64,000 nt of DNA. Origin: Giardia intestinalis. Its lineage: Eukaryota. Numbering within the stretch: position 1 is the stretch's first letter; every line of letters begins with the position of its first letter. Positions 1-10,974 of the stretch are shown here, in pieces. Made by a program: the position numbers and the translations under genes. The DNA is taken from the NCBI GenBank assembly GCA_000002435.2, contig CM018791.1. One strand, written 5' to 3'. Below the pieces are notes generated by a model, which saw nothing but the letters and a program-made list of their open reading frames with translations, was not told where the DNA came from and searched no databases.

Positions 1-2145
1 AGGCGCGCCCCTGTGCGGAGAGTTTGAAGCCAACGCAGTGGGTTTGGAGCCCACCTGCTGGCTCGACCGATGCCCGGCCTGCCTGGCCAGCAGGACGCTC
101 TCCAGACCGGGCCTTGCCCTCCCATGCTTTAAACCCTGAAGGCTTTACTCGCAGACAGCTAGGCGCCGTCTCGCTTTTCTGACGGCCTTTTACATAGCTA
201 ATAGAGTTGATGCGTGGAACGGTCTTGCGCTAGCGGAGAGCTTGTACTGCTCTTGACAGCGTGCAGAAGAGCCTCTCTGCTATTTTGTTAAGACGTACTT
301 GCAATAAAGCACCTCCTACTTCTCTCTATTTTAGACCGCACTACTCTTTCTGAGGTTGGGACACAGCCCGCCACGCTCTTTGATGCAAGCCCACTGCAAT
401 GTCAACCCTACTCCACGTATCCTGAACACCTGATCGAGTCTGTCCTATACTGTGCGTACCAGGCTTCCAAGGCACTAGGCACATAACCACCACTCACCTT
501 AAGGCTAATTCCATAAAGTGTGGCAGAGCTTTTGCCCATGCCTTCGTCGCAAGACAAGCAGACAGCCGTTCGGCTCTACTCTTAAGCTCTGATCTGATGC
601 ACACAAGGGGCCATACACTCTGTGCTGCACATCTTGTTGCTACCGGGAGGCAAACTGTTTGCATTAGTCCCTTGCGTAAAAGGTGAAGAGAGGGAACATC
701 ACTTCTGCAGAGCAACTTTACAATCCATGGCTGCGTTTCTATAATCGACATTCTATCGAAAGAATTGCTGTGAGCATGCTCATGAAGCCATAGAAGGTTG
801 TTGGAATAGGACTTCTAGCGATAATACTCATGATGTCCCTGTGAACATTCCTATCTGCTGCACTGTCATTGCCATGGTATATTTGCGGATAGATAAGCAA
901 TTGTGGCAGCCCTAATTTGTTGTTGAGCTACCTCAGTCGCAACTCAAACGTAAAGCAATAGCACGCATCAGCATCTTGCTCGGCGATACCGATCGAAGAT
1001 TGTGCACACAGCCCTTATCTAGTCATTATGCTTAGCTTCTCGATCTTATGAGCTTTCTAATGCACTCTGATTTCTTCTGCCAACTGTCTCGACTTCATCA
1101 TCTGATCTTCTTTGGCTTTATTCATAGAGTTGTCTATTTGTGATGGATATTCATGCAGGATATATCAGCGTACTGCTGCACTCAACAAGAATGCAGGGGT
1201 GTCACTTTTAAAGCAGCCAGCCTCAAGGAGTTTAATGGCAGTCTCTGTTGAAGACATCCAGTATGTGTGCACTACTGGGAGTGATGTATCTCATCACTAA
1301 GGACTTTAGAAGTCATCTACACATTAATGAATAAGCCCCGAAAGAGCGTAGCCTGTAGCTATCTGCAGCCAAATATAGGGCATGTTGATCGCATACACAC
1401 ATCCTTCTCAGCATATCTCACACACAGCCCTTACTTGCATCCAGCCTGATCTTGTCAGTAGGCTGTGCTCTCCTTAACTATAATGAGGCAGCTATACAAA
1501 CTATCTCGATAGCGCCTCATAGAAACTATGCTTTGACGGTATATTCCTCTCTGCGAGTAGGATGTTCTGGATTGTCTGGACTGATGAGGATCGTATTAAG
1601 GTGCAAAGAAGTACAACGATGTGGCTGATTATGTAGAGAAGGTCGAGAGCGATTAGGTGGGTAGCCACTAGGAGAAGCCGGCGACAAGCGAGGCACCCTT
1701 ATATGAGCCGGAGCATTGCAGATTCAGATGTCCATTGTCTGTTCAGATATTGGTGCGCGACTCGCATGGAGCAGACAACATGCCCGCGATGGAGTAGTAG
1801 GAGACGCGTTTACAGCTAAGCGTGAGTCTACGCCTTTTCCAGCAGAGGAAGCCAATAACGTCAGTAGGAGGGGCAGAAAAGATATGACCACAGGCATACT
1901 ATGAGCTCCTCGTACTATGTGTAATGTTTGAGTCTAACTTTGTATTAACTAGCCTTACTCTTATTTAAATCAAGAGATAAATCTATGATATTGGTCGCTT
2001 CCCAGTAGCAATACGCCCCCGATTCTAAGCTTCTTTAATTAACTAAGTTACAGAAAGACGCTGCCAATTTAAGCTCTTCTCATTCATGGACCAATCTATA
2101 CATCTGAGTGAAGAAAGTACCAATTAATTACAGATCCTAACTCCA

Positions 2146-5100
2146 ATGTTACTAGTACTTCTCGCAAGTTGTATAGCTGTACAAGCCGCGGTGTGTGCGC
2201 CCGCGCTGATCGGCGCCGGGTGTGCGACATGCACAGGAGAGAACGACGGACAGACGTGCCTTACGTGTAATCCCCAAGAGAACAAGGTGCAGCCTGGCGG
2301 AAAGAAATGCGGAGTCGGCTGCCCGGCGAACTCCACCCCTAAGGAGAGCGTGTGCGAGTGCAACGGAGGATACAGGCCGAACGCCCAGGGCCAGTGCGAG
2401 CAAGACCCCGCCGCGGTGTGTGCGCCCGCGCTGATCGGCGCCGGGTGTGCGACATGCACAGGAGAGAACGACGGACAGACGTGCCTTACGTGTAATCCCC
2501 AAGAGAACAAGGTGCAGCCTGGCGGAAAGAAATGCGGAGTCGGCTGCCCGGCGAACTCCACCCCTAAGGAGAGCGTGTGCGAGTGCAACGGAGGATACAG
2601 GCCGAACGCCCAGGGCCAGTGCGAGCAAGACCCCGCCGCGGTGTGTGCGCCCGCGCTGATCGGCGCCGGGTGTGCGACATGCACAGGAGAGAACGACGGA
2701 CAGACGTGCCTTACGTGTAATCCCCAAGAGAACAAGGTGCAGCCTGGCGGAAAGAAATGCGGAGTCGGCTGCCCGGCGAACTCCACCCCTAAGGAGAGCG
2801 TGTGCGAGTGCAACGGAGGATACAGGCCGAACGCCCAGGGCCAGTGCGAGCAAGACCCCGCCGCGGTGTGTGCGCCCGCGCTGATCGGCGCCGGGTGTGC
2901 GACATGCACAGGAGAGAACGACGGACAGACGTGCCTTACGTGTAATCCCCAAGAGAACAAGGTGCAGCCTGGCGGAAAGAAATGCGGAGTCGGCTGCCCG
3001 GCGAACTCCACCCCTAAGGAGAGCGTGTGCGAGTGCAACGGAGGATACAGGCCGAACGCCCAGGGCCAGTGCGAGCAAGACCCCGCCGCGGTGTGTGCGC
3101 CCGCGCTGATCGGCGCCGGGTGTGCGACATGCACAGGAGAGAACGACGGACAGACGTGCCTTACGTGTAATCCCCAAGAGAACAAGGTGCAGCCTGGCGG
3201 AAAGAAATGCGGAGTCGGCTGCCCGGCGAACTCCACCCCTAAGGAGAGCGTGTGCGAGTGCAACGGAGGATACAGGCCGAACGCCCAGGGCCAGTGCGAG
3301 CAAGACCCCGCCGCGGTGTGTGCGCCCGCGCTGATCGGCGCCGGGTGTGCGACATGCACAGGAGAGAACGACGGACAGACGTGCCTTACGTGTAATCCCC
3401 AAGAGAACAAGGTGCAGCCTGGCGGAAAGAAATGCGGAGTCGGCTGCCCGGCGAACTCCACCCCTAAGGAGAGCGTGTGCGAGTGCAACGGAGGATACAG
3501 GCCGAACGCCCAGGGCCAGTGCGAGCAAGACCCCGCCGCGGTGTGTGCGCCCGCGCTGATCGGCGCCGGGTGTGCGACATGCACAGGAGAGAACGACGGA
3601 CAGACGTGCCTTACGTGTAATCCCCAAGAGAACAAGGTGCAGCCTGGCGGAAAGAAATGCGGAGTCGGCTGCCCGGCGAACTCCACCCCTAAGGAGAGCG
3701 TGTGCGAGTGCAACGGAGGATACAGGCCGAACGCCCAGGGCCAGTGCGAGCAAGACCCCGCCGCGGTGTGTGCGCCCGCGCTGATCGGCGCCGGGTGTGC
3801 GACATGCACAGGAGAGAACGACGGACAGACGTGCCTTACGTGTAATCCCCAAGAGAACAAGGTGCAGCCTGGCGGAAAGAAATGCGGAGTCGGCTGCCCG
3901 GCGAACTCCACCCCTAAGGAGAGCGTGTGCGAGTGCAACGGAGGATACAGGCCGAACGCCCAGGGCCAGTGCGAGCAAGACCCCGCCGCGGTGTGTGCGC
4001 CCGCGCTGATCGGCGCCGGGTGTGCGACATGCACAGGAGAGAACGACGGACAGACGTGCCTTACGTGTAATCCCCAAGAGAACAAGGTGCAGCCTGGCGG
4101 AAAGAAATGCGGAGTCGGCTGCCCGGCGAACTCCACCCCTAAGGAGAGCGTGTGCGAGTGCAACGGAGGATACAGGCCGAACGCCCAGGGCCAGTGCGAG
4201 CAAGACCCCGCCGCGGTGTGTGCGCCCGCGCTGATCGGCGCCGGGTGTGCGACATGCACAGGAGAGAACGACGGACAGACGTGCCTTACGTGTAATCCCC
4301 AAGAGAACAAGGTGCAGCCTGGCGGAAAGAAATGCGGAGTCGGCTGCCCGGCGAACTCCACCCCTAAGGAGAGCGTGTGCGAGTGCAACGGAGGATACAG
4401 GCCGAACGCCCAGGGCCAGTGCGAGCAAGACCCCGCCGCGGTGTGTGCGCCCGCGCTGATCGGCGCCGGGTGTGCGACATGCACAGGAGAGAACGACGGA
4501 CAGACGTGCCTTACGTGTAATCCCCAAGAGAACAAGGTGCAGCCTGGCGGAAAGAAATGCGGAGTCGGCTGCCCGGCGAACTCCACCCCTAAGGAGAGCG
4601 TGTGCGAGTGCAACGGAGGATACAGGCCGAACGCCCAGGGCCAGTGCGAGCAAGACCCCGCCGCGGTGTGTGCGCCCGCGCTGATCGGCGCCGGGTGTGC
4701 GACATGCACAGGAGAGAACGACGGACAGACGTGCCTTACGTGTAATCCCCAAGAGAACAAGGTGCAGCCTGGCGGAAAGAAATGCGGAGTCGGCTGCCCG
4801 GCGAACTCCACCCCTAAGGAGAGCGTGTGCGAGTGCAACGGAGGATACAGGCCGAACGCCCAGGGCCAGTGCGAGCAAGACCCCGCCGCGGTGTGTGCGC
4901 CCGCGCTGATCGGCGCCGGGTGTGCGACATGCACAGGAGAGAACGACGGACAGACGTGCCTTACGTGTAATCCCCAAGAGAACAAGGTGCAGCCTGGCGG
5001 AAAGAAATGCGGAGTCGGCTGCCCGGCGAACTCCACCCCTAAGGAGAGCGTGTGCGAGTGCAACGGAGGATACAGGCCGAACGCCCAGGGCCAGTGCGAG

Positions 5101-8100
5101 CAAGACCCCGCCGCGGTGTGTGCGCCCGCGCTGATCGGCGCCGGGTGTGCGACATGCACAGGAGAGAACGACGGACAGACGTGCCTTACGTGTAATCCCC
5201 AAGAGAACAAGGTGCAGCCTGGCGGAAAGAAATGCGGAGTCGGCTGCCCGGCGAACTCCACCCCTAAGGAGAGCGTGTGCGAGTGCAACGGAGGATACAG
5301 GCCGAACGCCCAGGGCCAGTGCGAGCAAGACCCCGCCGCGGTGTGTGCGCCCGCGCTGATCGGCGCCGGGTGTGCGACATGCACAGGAGAGAACGACGGA
5401 CAGACGTGCCTTACGTGTAATCCCCAAGAGAACAAGGTGCAGCCTGGCGGAAAGAAATGCGGAGTCGGCTGCCCGGCGAACTCCACCCCTAAGGAGAGCG
5501 TGTGCGAGTGCAACGGAGGATACAGGCCGAACGCCCAGGGCCAGTGCGAGCAAGACCCCGCCGCGGTGTGTGCGCCCGCGCTGATCGGCGCCGGGTGTGC
5601 GACATGCACAGGAGAGAACGACGGACAGACGTGCCTTACGTGTAATCCCCAAGAGAACAAGGTGCAGCCTGGCGGAAAGAAATGCGGAGTCGGCTGCCCG
5701 GCGAACTCCACCCCTAAGGAGAGCGTGTGCGAGTGCAACGGAGGATACAGGCCGAACGCCCAGGGCCAGTGCGAGCAAGACCCCGCCGCGGTGTGTGCGC
5801 CCGCGCTGATCGGCGCCGGGTGTGCGACATGCACAGGAGAGAACGACGGACAGACGTGCCTTACGTGTAATCCCCAAGAGAACAAGGTGCAGCCTGGCGG
5901 AAAGAAATGCGGAGTCGGCTGCCCGGCGAACTCCACCCCTAAGGAGAGCGTGTGCGAGTGCAACGGAGGATACAGGCCGAACGCCCAGGGCCAGTGCGAG
6001 CAAGACCCCGCCGCGGTGTGTGCGCCCGCGCTGATCGGCGCCGGGTGTGCGACATGCACAGGAGAGAACGACGGACAGACGTGCCTTACGTGTAATCCCC
6101 AAGAGAACAAGGTGCAGCCTGGCGGAAAGAAATGCGGAGTCGGCTGCCCGGCGAACTCCACCCCTAAGGAGAGCGTGTGCGAGTGCAACGGAGGATACAG
6201 GCCGAACGCCCAGGGCCAGTGCGAGCAAGACCCCGCCGCGGTGTGTGCGCCCGCGCTGATCGGCGCCGGGTGTGCGACATGCACAGGAGAGAACGACGGA
6301 CAGACGTGCCTTACGTGTAATCCCCAAGAGAACAAGGTGCAGCCTGGCGGAAAGAAATGCGGAGTCGGCTGCCCGGCGAACTCCACCCCTAAGGAGAGCG
6401 TGTGCGAGTGCAACGGAGGATACAGGCCGAACGCCCAGGGCCAGTGCGAGCAAGACCCCGCCGCGGTGTGTGCGCCCGCGCTGATCGGCGCCGGGTGTGC
6501 GACATGCACAGGAGAGAACGACGGACAGACGTGCCTTACGTGTAATCCCCAAGAGAACAAGGTGCAGCCTGGCGGAAAGAAATGCGGAGTCGGCTGCCCG
6601 GCGAACTCCACCCCTAAGGAGAGCGTGTGCGAGTGCAACGGAGGATACAGGCCGAACGCCCAGGGCCAGTGCGAGCAAGACCCCGCCGCGGTGTGTGCGC
6701 CCGCGCTGATCGGCGCCGGGTGTGCGACATGCACAGGAGAGAACGACGGACAGACGTGCCTTACGTGTAATCCCCAAGAGAACAAGGTGCAGCCTGGCGG
6801 AAAGAAATGCGGAGTCGGCTGCCCGGCGAACTCCACCCCTAAGGAGAGCGTGTGCGAGTGCAACGGAGGATACAGGCCGAACGCCCAGGGCCAGTGCGAG
6901 CAAGACCCCGCCGCGGTGTGTGCGCCCGCGCTGATCGGCGCCGGGTGTGCGACATGCACAGGAGAGAACGACGGACAGACGTGCCTTACGTGTAATCCCC
7001 AAGAGAACAAGGTGCAGCCTGGCGGAAAGAAATGCGGAGTCGGCTGCCCGGCGAACTCCACCCCTAAGGAGAGCGTGTGCGAGTGCAACGGAGGATACAG
7101 GCCGAACGCCCAGGGCCAGTGCGAGCAAGACCCCGCCGCGGTGTGTGCGCCCGCGCTGATCGGCGCCGGGTGTGCGACATGCACAGGAGAGAACGACGGA
7201 CAGACGTGCCTTACGTGTAATCCCCAAGAGAACAAGGTGCAGCCTGGCGGAAAGAAATGCGGAGTCGGCTGCCCGGCGAACTCCACCCCTAAGGAGAGCG
7301 TGTGCGAGTGCAACGGAGGATACAGGCCGAACGCCCAGGGCCAGTGCGAGCAAGACCCCGCCGCGGTGTGTGCGCCCGCGCTGATCGGCGCCGGGTGTGC
7401 GACATGCACAGGAGAGAACGACGGACAGACGTGCCTTACGTGTAATCCCCAAGAGAACAAGGTGCAGCCTGGCGGAAAGAAATGCGGAGTCGGCTGCCCG
7501 GCGAACTCCACCCCTAAGGAGAGCGTGTGCGAGTGCAACGGAGGATACAGGCCGAACGCCCAGGGCCAGTGCGAGCAAGACCCCGCCGCGGTGTGTGCGC
7601 CCGCGCTGATCGGCGCCGGGTGTGCGACATGCACAGGAGAGAACGACGGACAGACGTGCCTTACGTGTAATCCCCAAGAGAACAAGGTGCAGCCTGGCGG
7701 AAAGAAATGCGGAGTCGGCTGCCCGGCGAACTCCACCCCTAAGGAGAGCGTGTGCGAGTGCAACGGAGGATACAGGCCGAACGCCCAGGGCCAGTGCGAG
7801 CAAGACCCCGCCGCGGTGTGTGCGCCCGCGCTGATCGGCGCCGGGTGTGCGACATGCACAGGAGAGAACGACGGACAGACGTGCCTTACGTGTAATCCCC
7901 AAGAGAACAAGGTGCAGCCTGGCGGAAAGAAATGCGGAGTCGGCTGCCCGGCGAACTCCACCCCTAAGGAGAGCGTGTGCGAGTGCAACGGAGGATACAG
8001 GCCGAACGCCCAGGGCCAGTGCGAGCAAGACCCCGCCGCGGTGTGTGCGCCCGCGCTGATCGGCGCCGGGTGTGCGACATGCACAGGAGAGAACGACGGA

Positions 8101-8607
8101 CAGACGTGCCTTACGTGTAATCCCCAAGAGAACAAGGTGCAGCCTGGCGGAAAGAAATGCGGAGTCGGCTGCCCGGCGAACTCCACCCCTAAGGAGAGCG
8201 TGTGCGAGTGCAACGGAGGATACAGGCCGAACGCCCAGGGCCAGTGCGAGCAAGACCCCGCCGCGGTGTGTGCGCCCGCGCTGATCGGCGCCGGGTGTGC
8301 GACATGCACAGGAGAGAACGACGGACAGACGTGCCTTACGTGTAATCCCCAAGAGAACAAGGTGCAGCCTGGCGGAAAGAAATGCGGAGTCGGCTGCCCG
8401 GCGAACTCCACCCCTAAGGAGAGCGTGTGCGAGTGCAACGGAGGATACAGGCCGAACGCCCAGGGCCAGTGCGAGCCTTCTAATACTAATAAGAGTAGCG
8501 GTCTTTCTACCGGCGCCATAGCAGGCATCGCTGTGGCTGCTGTCATCGTTGTAGGAGGGCTCGTCGGCTTCCTTTGCTGGTGGTTCATATGTAGGGGGAA
8601 AGCGTAG
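2146..8607 (+). CDS. Variant-specific surface protein (VSP), 2153 aa: signal peptide, 28 identical 75-aa Cys-rich tandem modules (two CXXC motifs and an NST sequon per module), TM helix, CRGKA tail
   Basis: ATG at 2146 preceded by AT-rich 'caattaattacag'. N-terminal hydrophobic MLLVLLASCIAVQA. C-terminus ...GIAVAAVIVVGGLVGFLCWWFICRGKA* is the invariant Giardia VSP tail. The VSP extended poly(A) signal follows the stop. 10 Cys per 75-aa unit. Confidence 0.93.
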   Translation: MLLVLLASCIAVQAAVCAPALIGAGCATCTGENDGQTCLTCNPQENKVQPGGKKCGVGCPANSTPKESVCECNGGYRPNAQGQCEQDPAAVCAPALIGAGCATCTGENDGQTCLTCNPQENKVQPGGKKCGVGCPANSTPKESVCECNGGYRPNAQGQCEQDPAAVCAPALIGAGCATCTGENDGQTCLTCNPQENKVQPGGKKCGVGCPANSTPKESVCECNGGYRPNAQGQCEQDPAAVCAPALIGAGCATCTGENDGQTCLTCNPQENKVQPGGKKCGVGCPANSTPKESVCECNGGYRPNAQGQCEQDPAAVCAPALIGAGCATCTGENDGQTCLTCNPQENKVQPGGKKCGVGCPANSTPKESVCECNGGYRPNAQGQCEQDPAAVCAPALIGAGCATCTGENDGQTCLTCNPQENKVQPGGKKCGVGCPANSTPKESVCECNGGYRPNAQGQCEQDPAAVCAPALIGAGCATCTGENDGQTCLTCNPQENKVQPGGKKCGVGCPANSTPKESVCECNGGYRPNAQGQCEQDPAAVCAPALIGAGCATCTGENDGQTCLTCNPQENKVQPGGKKCGVGCPANSTPKESVCECNGGYRPNAQGQCEQDPAAVCAPALIGAGCATCTGENDGQTCLTCNPQENKVQPGGKKCGVGCPANSTPKESVCECNGGYRPNAQGQCEQDPAAVCAPALIGAGCATCTGENDGQTCLTCNPQENKVQPGGKKCGVGCPANSTPKESVCECNGGYRPNAQGQCEQDPAAVCAPALIGAGCATCTGENDGQTCLTCNPQENKVQPGGKKCGVGCPANSTPKESVCECNGGYRPNAQGQCEQDPAAVCAPALIGAGCATCTGENDGQTCLTCNPQENKVQPGGKKCGVGCPANSTPKESVCECNGGYRPNAQGQCEQDPAAVCAPALIGAGCATCTGENDGQTCLTCNPQENKVQPGGKKCGVGCPANSTPKESVCECNGGYRPNAQGQCEQDPAAVCAPALIGAGCATCTGENDGQTCLTCNPQENKVQPGGKKCGVGCPANSTPKESVCECNGGYRPNAQGQCEQDPAAVCAPALIGAGCATCTGENDGQTCLTCNPQENKVQPGGKKCGVGCPANSTPKESVCECNGGYRPNAQGQCEQDPAAVCAPALIGAGCATCTGENDGQTCLTCNPQENKVQPGGKKCGVGCPANSTPKESVCECNGGYRPNAQGQCEQDPAAVCAPALIGAGCATCTGENDGQTCLTCNPQENKVQPGGKKCGVGCPANSTPKESVCECNGGYRPNAQGQCEQDPAAVCAPALIGAGCATCTGENDGQTCLTCNPQENKVQPGGKKCGVGCPANSTPKESVCECNGGYRPNAQGQCEQDPAAVCAPALIGAGCATCTGENDGQTCLTCNPQENKVQPGGKKCGVGCPANSTPKESVCECNGGYRPNAQGQCEQDPAAVCAPALIGAGCATCTGENDGQTCLTCNPQENKVQPGGKKCGVGCPANSTPKESVCECNGGYRPNAQGQCEQDPAAVCAPALIGAGCATCTGENDGQTCLTCNPQENKVQPGGKKCGVGCPANSTPKESVCECNGGYRPNAQGQCEQDPAAVCAPALIGAGCATCTGENDGQTCLTCNPQENKVQPGGKKCGVGCPANSTPKESVCECNGGYRPNAQGQCEQDPAAVCAPALIGAGCATCTGENDGQTCLTCNPQENKVQPGGKKCGVGCPANSTPKESVCECNGGYRPNAQGQCEQDPAAVCAPALIGAGCATCTGENDGQTCLTCNPQENKVQPGGKKCGVGCPANSTPKESVCECNGGYRPNAQGQCEQDPAAVCAPALIGAGCATCTGENDGQTCLTCNPQENKVQPGGKKCGVGCPANSTPKESVCECNGGYRPNAQGQCEQDPAAVCAPALIGAGCATCTGENDGQTCLTCNPQENKVQPGGKKCGVGCPANSTPKESVCECNGGYRPNAQGQCEQDPAAVCAPALIGAGCATCTGENDGQTCLTCNPQENKVQPGGKKCGVGCPANSTPKESVCECNGGYRPNAQGQCEQDPAAVCAPALIGAGCATCTGENDGQTCLTCNPQENKVQPGGKKCGVGCPANSTPKESVCECNGGYRPNAQGQCEPSNTNKSSGLSTGAIAGIAVAAVIVVGGLVGFLCWWFICRGKA
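2176..8475 (+). repeat. Tandem array of ~28 x 225-bp units, all copies apparently identical at nucleotide level, in frame within the VSP gene
   Basis: Period-225 recurrence of identical embedded ORFs at 2222, 2447, ... 8297 (28 copies). The sequence lines repeat verbatim. The last unit diverges at 8476 (cagtgcgagccttctaat vs cagtgcgagcaagacccc). Confidence 0.95.
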
Positions 8608-8611
8608 ATGT

Positions 8612-8626
8612 ACTTAGGTAGTAAAC
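8612..8626 (+). terminator. VSP-type extended polyadenylation signal ACTTAGGTAGTAAAC (consensus ACTYAGRTAGTRAAY), 5 nt after TAG stop
   Basis: Exact match to the published VSP-specific 3' motif containing the general Giardia AGTRAAY signal. Confidence 0.85.
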
Positions 8627-9033
8627 GCGTCACTGTATATGGCTCATATAAATGTGCTGCTGGGCTCACTTGAGGACCTGGTCCAGAGATCGTGCGGGTA
8701 ATCATCGCTCCTTCCTGGCCAGTTCAGAGACGAGGGTTGGCTGTGGATGATATAATAGGGATCTCCCTTCACTTGTATACCAGGAGTCTTTTGCGTCCCT
8801 CAGTTGTTCCGCAGAGGTGTGCTCAGTCTGAGTATGCACGTCGGTCCTTTAGGGGTTCAGGCCTTCTTGCAGACTCTCTGCTCTACCGGTGGCGCCTCTC
8901 CTTAGTCTTTCTTCGTGGTGGGTGAAGCTCCGGTCACCATCCTTTTTTAGATGCCCCGTCTGCCAGGGGCTGCCATCGGGCTCTCCGCTGGCTGGGCCCC
9001 TCGGTGTCCGGGCAGCTGTGGTTCTGGGTCAGT

Positions 9034-10974
9034 GCTCTACAGTCGCGGTCACTAGGTCCCAGTGGGTTCGGATGGTGGGTGAGGAGGGGTTGCTGAGGCG
9101 GTGAGGCTGGTGGGACCGGGGGGTGTTCGCATGTGCCTCTGGGGTCAGTGGGTCAGTGAGGTGGTGGCTGTGGTGACTGGGGGCTATCCATCTATGATTC
9201 ACCCCTCTGTGGACTCGTGGTCTGTGAGTGCCTCCACCCAGACAGCACCCCAGGAGCCGGAGAGTGGTGCCAGCCTAGCTGCCCTCCCTCCTCGGTGCCT
9301 CCCAGTGCAGACTCACCGGAGGCCACTACCCTGTCAGCCACCCAAAGGAGCCGTGCACACCGGGACAGAGAGGATGACCAAGGGGGTCAAGCAGCCCTGC
9401 CACGAGGGTGCACAGCAACCAGCATGAGATGTAGGGTCTGCTCGAGCGATGTAGTGGCAGACGACTCCCTCTGACAGCGACCCTGGTGACTGCACTGGTC
9501 TGCTCTCGAGGCTGAGTGACAGTGTGCACAGATGGACATGAGTGCAGGAGGACCGTCCACACACGGACAGACTGTGTGGACCCAGAGAGGACTGGAGTCT
9601 GCTCGGGACACGCTGACTGTGTGCCCATACGAGAGTGCCAGGCAACTACTCAAGCACCGAGAGGCAGGTACAGACACGGGCACTAGAGATCCCCAGCCAG
9701 ACACATTGCTATGCTCATCCACAGGGGCATCAGAGGGCCAGGTGGAGTCACCCTCACAGTTAGGGCCTGATAGGAAGCCAGAGGACTCAAACACTACAGC
9801 AGGCCCAAGGGAGGCACACTCCAGGCAGGTGAGCAGTGGCAGAGCCTTGATAGCTGCCATCCACCCCCATGACACCCAGGCAGGCACCAGACTCCGAAGA
9901 CTCGCTGGCCTCGACTGATGACCCGAGGGGGCAGCAGCCAGAGGAGTGAGGAGGCCTTCGGACACCACAAGAGGCCGGCTGTCCAGCAGGCTATGAGGCA
10001 GACAGGTGGCCTCTGAGCACCATAAGGCACAGGAGCCGACCATCATGAGTGATGCCCGATCACAGAGATGACCACGAGCGCCCTCCACCGCACTCTGGGG
10101 GGCTGTCGATCATCCCACTGCCTCTCATAGCAGACCTCCTTGGGGGCAGTGCAGTGGGTCCCAGCTCATACAGGAGGGTGTGTGCCCCCCTCAGTATAGG
10201 ATGCCCCGACTCTTCCCGAGGGGTCATCAGAGCCACGAGGAGGGGTCAAGGTCCTGGTGGATCACACCGGGAACCCCTCGAATGGGCACAGCAGGTGATG
10301 TTGGGTGACCCTCAGCGTGCTCCTCTCTGCATGGTAGAGCATCCTGAGACCAAGGAAGCTCACCCCTGCCTACGGATGACACACAGCGCTCCACAACGAG
10401 GACCCACCAGGAGCAGCACAGCTGACCACGGGGGCAGTGCAGCCACCCGGTACCCCACCATGCCAGTCTTCTGGGCCATCACACTAGAGGCCTGAGAGAA
10501 CCCCATCCCATCCACAGGGTCATCCACACCCCTGCTGGCCCGAGGTGAACTGCACCCATCGAGGCACTGGACAGGGCATGCTGGGGGCCCAGCAGATCCA
10601 CACAGAGCATCAGCACAGAGCATCAGCGAGTAGCAGGAGAGGCTGCGATGGCCTGCCTCAGCCCTCACGTACCAGCCAGCCAGAGGCAGTACTACCCGAG
10701 ACATGCAGGGGCCAAGGGAGGCGCTCAGTCAGGGGACATGACACAATCGTCGGTGCCTGTGTCTCGGGGAGTGCAACGCAGGCTGGGGATCAGACGCAAC
10801 CACCTTGGCAAACAGAGAGGGGATCACCCACCACCCCACTGGCCCACCAGACCCAGGGGCACATACAAGCACCCCCACCCGGTCCCCCGGTCCCACCAGC
10901 CTCACCGCCTCAGCAACCCCTCCTCACCCACCAGCCGGCCCGCTATGGAACCTACGTGACCGTGACCGTGGGAG
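9034..10974. other. GC-rich, strand-skewed central spacer of the palindrome (G-rich on + strand at left edge, C-rich on + strand at right edge); no credible CDS
   Basis: Only overlapping multi-frame ORFs with Pro/Arg/Gly/His-rich translations typical of GC-rich non-coding DNA. Composition mirrors itself across the centre (degenerate IR). Confidence 0.6.

Larger units (their letters stand above)
1..9033. repeat. Inverted-repeat arm A of a large palindrome (contains long VSP gene with 28-unit array plus ~2.1 kb 5' flank and ~430 bp 3' flank); truncated by window start
   Basis: Reverse complement of 10975..13933 apart from the 27 extra 225-bp units. Mirrored ORF-track pairs are identical (494..751- = 13183..13440+; 1112..1300+ = 12634..12822-; 1716..1904+ = 12030..12218-; 8692..8925+ = 11084..11317-). 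Window position 1 pairs with 13933, with one mismatch seen at window position 6. Confidence 0.9.

Noticed and set aside
2176-8475. CRISPR array interpretation of the perfect 225-bp repeats
   Set aside because: No spacers (units are contiguous and identical); repeats are in-frame coding sequence of a eukaryotic surface protein.
2124-8705. 2193-aa and 2066-aa antisense ORFs (2124..8705-, 2152..8352-) and 28 recurring 70-aa ORFs in a + strand alternative frame across the repeat array; also mirrored 11304..11810+ on arm B
   Set aside because: They exist only because the 225-bp unit happens to lack stop codons in those frames. Their translations are low-complexity (PxxP/HS-rich). The sense VSP frame has the signal peptide, CXXC modules, TM and CRGKA tail.
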